From: Thiohalobacterales bacterium
GTDB lineage: Bacteria; Pseudomonadota; Gammaproteobacteria; Thiohalobacterales; Thiohalobacteraceae
Direction: 5' to 3'
NCBI GenBank assembly: GCA_041739295.1
Contig: JBGSOE010000441.1
Location: forward strand, 123 to 64,122
Length of the DNA: 64,000 bases
The position numbers and the translations under genes are program-made. The notes beneath the pieces are model-generated. The model was not told the origin of the DNA. It was given only the letters and a program-made list of their open reading frames with translations, and did no database searches. Shown piece by piece: positions 8,612-16,044 of this stretch (position 1 is the first letter of the stretch; each line of letters opens with the position of its first letter).

Positions 8612-9280
8612 ATGCAGACACCCACACTGGAAAGACTGATCATCGAACCACCCTGCCCGGTCACGGCCAGCATCATTTGGTTGCATGGCCTGGGCGCAGA
8701 TGGCCACGACTTTGAGCCACTGGTGCCGGAGCTGGGTCTGCTTGGGCGCGGGGTCCGATTTATTCTGCCGCACGCCCCGGAGCTACCGGTGACGGTGAAC
8801 GGTGGTTATGTGATGCCCGCCTGGTACGACATCCGTTGGCCAGATCTGCGCCGCGATGCCGACGAAGCAGGGATTCGCGCCTCAGTGGCTACTGTGGGTG
8901 AGTTGATTCAGGCTGAGCTTGATCAAGGTGTGGCGCCGGAGCGAATTGTGCTCGCCGGCTTTTCGCAGGGTGGTGCCATTGTGTTGCACGCCGGGCTGAC
9001 CTATCCGCGGCGATTGGGTGGGATATTAGCGTTATCGACTTACCTCGCCCTGCCGCAGGCGGTCGCCGCGGAATTGCACGCGGCGAATCGTGCCACGCCG
9101 ATCCTTATGGGCCATGGCACCGACGACCCCATCGCACCCTTCGCCGTGGCGCAGGCCTCCCGTGAACAATTGGCAGCATTGGGCTGCCCGGTTGAACTAC
9201 ATGCTTACCATATGCAGCACAGTGTTTGTCCGGATGAAATTGTCGATATTCGCACATGGCTCAGCGCGATTCTTTGCTGA
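8612..9280 (+). CDS. Alpha/beta hydrolase, carboxylesterase/phospholipase family
   Basis: 222 aa. IIWLHGLGADG and the nucleophile elbow GFSQGG. Confidence 0.85.
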   Translation: MQTPTLERLIIEPPCPVTASIIWLHGLGADGHDFEPLVPELGLLGRGVRFILPHAPELPVTVNGGYVMPAWYDIRWPDLRRDADEAGIRASVATVGELIQAELDQGVAPERIVLAGFSQGGAIVLHAGLTYPRRLGGILALSTYLALPQAVAAELHAANRATPILMGHGTDDPIAPFAVAQASREQLAALGCPVELHAYHMQHSVCPDEIVDIRTWLSAILC

Positions 9281-9387
9281 ATTGATCAGACCTTCCTTGA
9301 CAACCTGGCCATTGGTTGTGCCCGCACGTTGATATACGTCAACGACAGAAAACACTATCCCCCGGATACTGAAATCAGATTTCTGAC

Positions 9388-10455
9388 GTGGCGGAATACC
9401 TTGGCGTGAAAACCTTATTCACAAGCATGTTGATGCTAGTACTCGCTGCAATAGCCAGCATGTCCAGTGCAGCTGACCCCAGCGGCGCGCAACTTTATGG
9501 TCAGCATTGTGCCGTCTGTCATGGTGAAAAAGGTATTGGTGGGGTTGGTGTGCCGTTAGCCCTGTCGGGCTTTCAGGCCAGCGTGGACAACAGGTATATC
9601 CGCGAGACCATCCGGCTAGGGCGCCCCGGTCGGGTTATGCCGGCCTTCACGCGCCTGAGTGATGGCGAGATCGATGCCATCGTCGGGCACATCCGCAGTT
9701 GGCAGAAAGACGCGGCACCGACCTTTACTACCCAATTGGTTAATGGTGATGTCAAAAAAGGCGCCATGCTGTTTGCGCAACATTGTGCGTCCTGTCACGG
9801 CGATCAGGGCCAGGGTGGGCATGGCACGGGTGTAACCTTCTCGCGGCCACGCGATCTGCCGATTATCGCCCCCGCACTGAACAACCCGGGTTTTCTCGCT
9901 GCCGCAAATGACAGCATGATCAAGGCTACGCTGATGAAAGGCCGCGCGGGAACACCGATGGTGTCATTTCTCGAACAGGGTCTTAGCGAACAGGACATCA
10001 ACGATGTGGTGAGCTTTGTGCGCAGTTTCGCAGCGACGGCTGCGTCACAGGCCGCAGCGGTTGAGCCAGAACCTGCCATGTTGGTGATGGAGTCACCCTA
10101 TAGCATGGAAGAGACTGTCGCCGCCCTTAAGCGCGCTGTGATCGGCAAAAACTTTCGGCTGATCCGCGATCAGAATCTCGAAGATGGTTTGTTTCCGCCA
10201 GAAGAACAGAATTCAAAACAGTTGATCGTCTATTTCTGTAATTTCAAATTTCTCTATGATGCACTTGCGCTGGACCCGCGCGTTGGTCTGTTCCTGCCGT
10301 GCCGCGTCACTGTGGTTGAGCAGGACGGCAAGGTGCTGGTCATGACCATCAATCCCAAGCGTTTGAGCCATTTGTTCAACAACGCCGAATTGGAACGCGC
10401 CTGTGATGAGATGTTCCAGGTATACTCCGACATACTCGAAGAGGCAACACTATGA
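9388..10455 (+). CDS. Secreted dihaem c-type cytochrome fused to a C-terminal DUF302 domain
   Basis: GTG start and a signal-like N-terminus. Two CxxCH motifs (CAVCH, CASCH). The C-terminal ~120 aa (SPYSMEETVAALKRAV..., LPCRVTVVEQDGKV) resemble DUF302. Confidence 0.8.
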   Translation: MAEYLGVKTLFTSMLMLVLAAIASMSSAADPSGAQLYGQHCAVCHGEKGIGGVGVPLALSGFQASVDNRYIRETIRLGRPGRVMPAFTRLSDGEIDAIVGHIRSWQKDAAPTFTTQLVNGDVKKGAMLFAQHCASCHGDQGQGGHGTGVTFSRPRDLPIIAPALNNPGFLAAANDSMIKATLMKGRAGTPMVSFLEQGLSEQDINDVVSFVRSFAATAASQAAAVEPEPAMLVMESPYSMEETVAALKRAVIGKNFRLIRDQNLEDGLFPPEEQNSKQLIVYFCNFKFLYDALALDPRVGLFLPCRVTVVEQDGKVLVMTINPKRLSHLFNNAELERACDEMFQVYSDILEEATL

Positions 10456-10898
10456 AAGGGTTGTTGTTGGTGTTGTTGCTGTGCGCGTTATCTGTTGCAA
10501 GCTATGCTGAAGATCTGCTGATGGTGCGCTCACGCGCGCCATTCGAGGAAAGTATGTTGGTATTGCAGCAGGCGATCAGCGAACAGGGCTATGTATTGTC
10601 GCGGGTGCAGCGCGTAGATATCGGCTTGTCCGAGTTCGGCTACAAGACCGACAAGTACCGAGTGGTGTTTTTTGGTAAGCCGGATGAAGTCAGAGATCTG
10701 AGTGCGCGTTATCCGGAGATGATCCCTTATCTGCCACTGCAGATCGCAATCTTTGCCGAGGCCGATGAGACTCTGCTGGCCGCGGCCAATCCACTGCAAT
10801 TGAGTGAAGCCTACGCCAATCCAGAATTGGACAAATATTTCGCTCGCTGGGAGCAGGATATGCGGGTGATTCTGGATAAGGCGCGGATGGCGGAATAG
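10452..10898 (+). CDS. Secreted DUF302-domain protein
   Basis: 148 aa with a signal peptide. 4-nt start/stop overlap with the upstream fusion gene. FEESMLVLQQAISEQGY and PLQIAIFAE resemble DUF302. Confidence 0.75.
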   Translation: MKGLLLVLLLCALSVASYAEDLLMVRSRAPFEESMLVLQQAISEQGYVLSRVQRVDIGLSEFGYKTDKYRVVFFGKPDEVRDLSARYPEMIPYLPLQIAIFAEADETLLAAANPLQLSEAYANPELDKYFARWEQDMRVILDKARMAE

Positions 10899-10901
10899 TT
10901 G

Positions 10902-13748
10902 TTACAAATTCGCCAACGCCTGATTAAGCCGCGCTTCAATACGTTTCTTGTAATTCAAAAAATGCACCGTTTGTAAACCTTGCGCAGCATCCGCGCCGAG
11001 CAGGCTGCGCGCGAGATCAATGTCGGTAATATAAATCGGATAAGTCTGTCCGCTGCTACGCTGGCTGAGCACATAGCGCGCGACCTCATGGAACAACTTA
11101 TCACCGAATTCCAGTGTGGAAAATTCCTGCTCATTGCAATACATAGTGAGCACAGTGCGATTTTCTTCCAATACATCGCCGATCACCTGAACACCGAAGT
11201 AGGTGCGCGATTGCCGGAACGGGTTGACGTTCTGGCGATCTAGCCGTGGTTTCGAATTCGGGCGCTGGATAATCTGGTAGTACTCAATTTCGTTGATGTC
11301 CAGATCACCACCGTGTTCGCGCGCCAGGAAATCGCGGCGGTATTGCACCTTTTCCAGGAAGCGCTGGAACTGCGTCAGCAGGGTAAGGTTGTCGTGGAAA
11401 GCAACCTGCTGATGGAATAACGAACCGCGCTCATCCAACACATAGACCTGTGCCTGATCGCCATTGACCAGATAGAACATCTGAACACAGCCAGCGCGAT
11501 TGACTTCGAAGATGACCGGCAGCGGGGTGTCCGCCAGACTTTGCAGATCGGTGCGGATCGCGCTGAAGCCATCCTGTTGTGTGCCGAGATGCGCGAGCAG
11601 GGCCGGCATGCCGGAGAATTTCTGATAACGCGGGACGTCGTTTTCTGGTTGCAGTACAAAATATTGATGGCCGACTTGCACGATATATCGACCGAGCACG
11701 CCACCCTCGCCGCCATAATACCAACTGATGACATCGCGGATCACGGTTTCGACACGGTGCGCGATGGGTGCGCCGCGGGTCGATGAAAAACTGAAACAGG
11801 CCACCTGTACCGGTATATGGTCTGATGATATGGGCGACCAGGCCAGATAATCACACAGCGCATCCAGCAAGGCGGTCTCACCGGCATAGCGGAAGGTGAG
11901 CACTTCCTGCCAAGTGGTCACGGCAATGAGTTCGAAAGTGATGGCGAGATTTTCCCAGCGACCACCGTAACTCAAGGCGTCGGTCCGACTACTCACCAAT
12001 TGCATGCCTTCGCGTGTCAAACCTGACATCGGATCGACGCCTAGATTGATGAACATGGCGGACTGGCGCACACGCGCCGGCTGCGCAAGTTCCTCCATCT
12101 CAGATTCCTGTATGCGGCCGTCCGGGTTGAGCTGCTGCAGGCAATCAATCACCGAGCGCAATTCCCAACTACTCAGATCGCAATCATCCGGATGCAGACT
12201 GATCATGCTGCTGAACGGGTTGACGAGTTTGTTGAAATGACACCAGGCTAAAATTTCAATCAGACTATGCGCACGTTTGAGTGCGCGTTCACCTTGCGTC
12301 TCACCGACCCGCACATCGCCGCGATACAGTACCCATCCACTTTCAAGGCCGCGTATCTGATGCAGCGATAAGCGTTCTTCGATCAGGTCTTCGGAAATGC
12401 CGGGGTTGATGATGTCGATCTTGCCGGCCTTGCGTTCAAAGGCAGCATACAGGCGCCGCCCGAGAAGATTCAGTTCGGCAGGATCAATGGCGTGGCTGTC
12501 GGCATGATTGCGCGCGAAATCTGATAGCGAGCTGTAGCTCTGAGTGAGCGCTTCGACCAATGCCTGACGCTCTTCGATTACGCGATGGATTTTCCACGTC
12601 GAGCGCGCGTCCAATAACATCAGATGCGCATCCGACCAGTTCCATTCTGTCACCAGCGCACGCATGACTTCACGACGCCAAGTGATATTGCCTGCACGGT
12701 CTGGTCGGCCCATGCGCTCGTTGACCTTGAAATAGAAACAGCGCCGTGCCAGCTCAAGGCGTTCGTACTCGCCAAGTTCCAGCAGGTACTCTTCCACGCG
12801 CGTACACATCTGCACATAGGGGTCCAGATCATCGAGGTTACTGTCGCCTGACCAAACCGTGGCCTTGTAACGCAGACTCAACAGTTCTGTATCGGGGAAT
12901 TCAGAAGCGTAGGCCTCCATGAGCAGGATTTTTAGAACGGATTTGTAAGGCGACGACACGGCCTTGTAGAGCTGCCAGAGCGCGGCACCAAAAAACTCAC
13001 CGGCCGGCATGCGCGTGATACCGCCAAAATCTACCGTGTCGTTAGGGCCGACAAAGCGCTTGTGCTTGAGATCCTGTACGTATTCGTTGTAGTGCGCCTC
13101 GTATTCGGGCGGCACCAGCCACCAGATCGGATAGCGCCCCGCGACCAACAGGCCGGTACGATAGAACTCGTCGAGTAGTAGATGGTGTTGGGCCGTGCCG
13201 CTGCTTTCATGTGACAGTGATTGGGTTTCGCCGCGCCGAAATGCTTCATCATTCATGATGAAGAAATGCACCTCCAGGCCCAGCGAGGCGGCCCAGGATT
13301 CGATGCCTTCGGCCTTGCGAATTAACGTATGCTGATCATTCTCATCCATGTCCGGGCGAATACAGACCCAAAGGTCGAAGTCGCTGCTGTCGGAATAGGC
13401 AATGGTGCCACTGGAACCCATCAGGTACAGGGCGTGAATATCAAAACGACGCTGGGCACGGCGTTGGTAGCTGAAGCTCTTGGATAGGCGCCGGCCAGCT
13501 TCGATGCTGCGGTTGCTGGGGCTGTAATCGGCGATGCCGGCGGGTGTCTTGGTCGACAAGTAGCCGGGTAACATCGGGTGATTGATGTGGAACAGCAGCG
13601 GCAGTAGTTCAAAGAAGATCTTCTGCCGGTCGCGCAGACTTTGATAGACGCGTTTCAGGCGATCATTGTTGATGGCCATGAAACGACGCTTGACCGTGCG
13701 CAGGTCAAGACCATCGATGGCTACCTTGTCGTTAGAGGCAAACTTCAT
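10902..13748 (-). CDS. cyaA: Class I adenylate cyclase
   Basis: 948 aa. Overall resemblance to the enterobacterial/pseudomonad CyaA N-terminal catalytic region (SDFDLWVC, YPIWWLVPP). Confidence 0.88.
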   Translation of the reverse strand: MKFASNDKVAIDGLDLRTVKRRFMAINNDRLKRVYQSLRDRQKIFFELLPLLFHINHPMLPGYLSTKTPAGIADYSPSNRSIEAGRRLSKSFSYQRRAQRRFDIHALYLMGSSGTIAYSDSSDFDLWVCIRPDMDENDQHTLIRKAEGIESWAASLGLEVHFFIMNDEAFRRGETQSLSHESSGTAQHHLLLDEFYRTGLLVAGRYPIWWLVPPEYEAHYNEYVQDLKHKRFVGPNDTVDFGGITRMPAGEFFGAALWQLYKAVSSPYKSVLKILLMEAYASEFPDTELLSLRYKATVWSGDSNLDDLDPYVQMCTRVEEYLLELGEYERLELARRCFYFKVNERMGRPDRAGNITWRREVMRALVTEWNWSDAHLMLLDARSTWKIHRVIEERQALVEALTQSYSSLSDFARNHADSHAIDPAELNLLGRRLYAAFERKAGKIDIINPGISEDLIEERLSLHQIRGLESGWVLYRGDVRVGETQGERALKRAHSLIEILAWCHFNKLVNPFSSMISLHPDDCDLSSWELRSVIDCLQQLNPDGRIQESEMEELAQPARVRQSAMFINLGVDPMSGLTREGMQLVSSRTDALSYGGRWENLAITFELIAVTTWQEVLTFRYAGETALLDALCDYLAWSPISSDHIPVQVACFSFSSTRGAPIAHRVETVIRDVISWYYGGEGGVLGRYIVQVGHQYFVLQPENDVPRYQKFSGMPALLAHLGTQQDGFSAIRTDLQSLADTPLPVIFEVNRAGCVQMFYLVNGDQAQVYVLDERGSLFHQQVAFHDNLTLLTQFQRFLEKVQYRRDFLAREHGGDLDINEIEYYQIIQRPNSKPRLDRQNVNPFRQSRTYFGVQVIGDVLEENRTVLTMYCNEQEFSTLEFGDKLFHEVARYVLSQRSSGQTYPIYITDIDLARSLLGADAAQGLQTVHFLNYKKRIEARLNQALANL

Positions 13749-13822
13749 GCGGAACCCTCACCTCGGCGGATGCCGAGGTGTCACGGGATTTGAATCGACT
13801 CTGACTGTCGTGCGACGGCGTT

Positions 13823-14656
13823 TCAGAGGGCTACAGCTATGCGACCATCGCGTGTCGCGCGCACCTGATTAAGCGCCGTCTGGGCACGTCGCAAAAGCGT
13901 TATGCTGTTGTCGGTCTTCTGCCATCCCGCCACGCCATAGGCTGCCCAGTTGGGTTCACTGGATTGAAATTCGCTGGCCAGCCGTTCGTTGAGTTTCTCG
14001 GTCAGGCTGAGGGCATCATCACGGCTGGTTTCGGGTAGCACCAAAATGAATTCGTGATCCTCGCTGCAGCCGATAACATCAGCCCAGCGCAGCTGGTCTT
14101 TCAGAATTTGGCTGACACGCACCAAAAAATTCGGTTCGGCACCGGCGCCGTAGACATCCATGAGTATCAACGCGAGCTGGCTGTTGTAGCGTCGACTGCG
14201 CGAAACCTGGGGCTCCAGAGCCACCATCAAGCCACGGCGGTTGAGCAGGCCGGTGACGGGGTCGTGTAGTGTTTGTGCTGATAATTCGGTTTCCAGGCGA
14301 TCATTCTCAACGCGCAGGTGTTCAGCTTCGGTTACGTCGTGCAGTAGGCGCGCGCGCACAGCGGTAGCACCCGCCGGCAGGCGCAAGTCCTGGGCATGCA
14401 GGTAACAGGGTTGCTGATCCGCATTCATGAAGGCGAAGGTATCGTTGCCGGCAAGCAGGCATTGTAGCGGGCTGCCGATCAGATCCGCGCTGGTGTGTCC
14501 TATCAGGTTACGGCCGCCGAGCAGCTTGTGCAGCGCAGCGTTGTTGGCAATGACCCGATTCTGCGCGTCGAACAGCACGACGGCATCGGGAATGCTGTCG
14601 ATCAGTGACAGGGCTTGTTCGAGTTCGAGATTGTCCTTCATGAGTTCTCCTAACAT
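13823..14656 (-). CDS. PAS domain protein with a degenerate GGDEF domain
   Basis: 277 aa. DPVTGLLNRRG marks the start of the GGDEF fold, but the catalytic motif reads SEDHEF and the DxDxFKxxND segment is shortened (MDVYGAGAEPNF). Confidence 0.85.
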   Translation of the reverse strand: MLGELMKDNLELEQALSLIDSIPDAVVLFDAQNRVIANNAALHKLLGGRNLIGHTSADLIGSPLQCLLAGNDTFAFMNADQQPCYLHAQDLRLPAGATAVRARLLHDVTEAEHLRVENDRLETELSAQTLHDPVTGLLNRRGLMVALEPQVSRSRRYNSQLALILMDVYGAGAEPNFLVRVSQILKDQLRWADVIGCSEDHEFILVLPETSRDDALSLTEKLNERLASEFQSSEPNWAAYGVAGWQKTDNSITLLRRAQTALNQVRATRDGRIAVAL

Positions 14657-14809
14657 CTTGCAGACGGGTCAGCCTGATGGGCTGACAGTGCGATCTGTAT
14701 CACGTTTTATAGCGACTGCTGAAGGCGAGTCTTTAATACTGCAAATCGGCAGTATTGCGAGGCGTGGCAAGCAGTTAGGAGAATTCAGTGTGTCAGGTAA
14801 ATGGCGGTT

Positions 14810-15196
14810 TCAGTCGTTCTCTCGGTACTCACTGGCCCGGCGTGCGTCACCGCGCACCCGTTCGACCGGAAAGCGGGATTCGTTGAGGGTTATTTTGTCG
14901 TTGGCCGCAGCGATCAGATCGACACCGAGCTTGTCTCCCAGGCGGATCAGGTAGATCAGGATGTCAGCCAGTTCGAGACGTACTTCAGCGTGCTTATCGG
15001 CTGTCAGAGATTGACTGGCAGCCTCAGTGAGCCATTGAAAATGTTCAACTAATTCAGCAGCTTCGGCAATAAGAGCCATAGAAAGATTTTTCGGTGAATG
15101 GAATTGATCCCAGTCGCGTGCCGCGGCGAACTGGGCAAGCCGGTGGCGCAGCTGTTCCAGGTTATCAGGGATTTCGGTCATCGGGCGTACCCTCAA
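14810..15196 (-). CDS. MazG-like nucleotide pyrophosphohydrolase (small single-domain type)
   Basis: 128 aa. RDWDQFHSPKNL, EAAELVEHFQW, ELADILIYLI. Confidence 0.85.
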   Translation of the reverse strand: MRVRPMTEIPDNLEQLRHRLAQFAAARDWDQFHSPKNLSMALIAEAAELVEHFQWLTEAASQSLTADKHAEVRLELADILIYLIRLGDKLGVDLIAAANDKITLNESRFPVERVRGDARRASEYREND

Positions 15197-15323
15197 AATT
15201 TGCCTGGTACTGTTTAGGAATGAAGGTATGCCTTCATAGTCCGCCGGGATGGTCGCTATAGATCCGAGGCGCTAAGGCAAAGCCACGTTTAGGACTAGCC
15301 CCTCCAGGAGTATTGCGAAGGAT

Positions 15324-16040
15324 ATGCTAGACCATAACCAACATATCACACTCACCGTGCTCGCTTTGAGCCTAGCATCGGCTAGTTTGCCTCTGACGGC
15401 AGCCGAGATTCGCGGCACTGTGAATGTGCAGCAGACAGGCCTATTCAGTGCAGGCAGTGATGGGTTGAAGAATTTTCCCGTCAGCGTGGCGTTATATCCC
15501 GCAGAAGGGCAGGTGTTACCGCGTCACACTGCGGAGCGGCATAAGATTTTGCTAAACAGCCAGATCCAACCCCTGTATCTGGCCATACCCCGTGGCGATA
15601 GCCTGACCTTTGAAAATCAGAGCAACGTCTACCACGAATTGTTTACACATTCGCATACCCAACCACTTGTCATCGGATTGGATCGCGAAGGTATGGGTCG
15701 CGAGAAATCGGTGACTCTTAATGACGTGGCGGATCTCCACTGGTTCTGCCGAATCCATGCCAAAAGCTATCTGCGCGTCGACGTCGTAGCTACCCCGTTG
15801 GTGCGGATGGTCCAAGCGGGTGAAAGTTTTGAATTCCGTGATCTACCAACCGGCAAATGGTTATTGCGCGTCGCGGCACCCGGCGCGGAAACCAAGACAC
15901 TTGAGACGCAGGCCGTAACGGCACCGCCTCCGGTTCAGGTCCAGCTGACAGTTAAGGGCTTCAGTCAGGACGGCGTTGGTCTGACCTCGCCGCAGGCCGC
16001 TTCCATCGAACAACTGTTTCCGAATCAGCCGGGGTTGTGA
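15324..16040 (+). CDS. Secreted protein with a cupredoxin-like signature (family often annotated as methylamine utilization protein)
   Basis: 238 aa with a signal peptide. Contains NVYHELF and HWFCRIHAKSY. The stop lies 4 nt before the next gene. Confidence 0.6.
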   Translation: MLDHNQHITLTVLALSLASASLPLTAAEIRGTVNVQQTGLFSAGSDGLKNFPVSVALYPAEGQVLPRHTAERHKILLNSQIQPLYLAIPRGDSLTFENQSNVYHELFTHSHTQPLVIGLDREGMGREKSVTLNDVADLHWFCRIHAKSYLRVDVVATPLVRMVQAGESFEFRDLPTGKWLLRVAAPGAETKTLETQAVTAPPPVQVQLTVKGFSQDGVGLTSPQAASIEQLFPNQPGL

Positions 16041-16044
16041 GCGT

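Noticed and set aside
13758-13779. 9-bp hairpin CACCTCGGC-GGAT-GCCGAGGTG between the PAS-GGDEF gene and cyaA, as a possible terminator.
   Set aside because: No T tract follows on the transcribed (minus) strand. It may be an RNA structure but cannot be called an intrinsic terminator.
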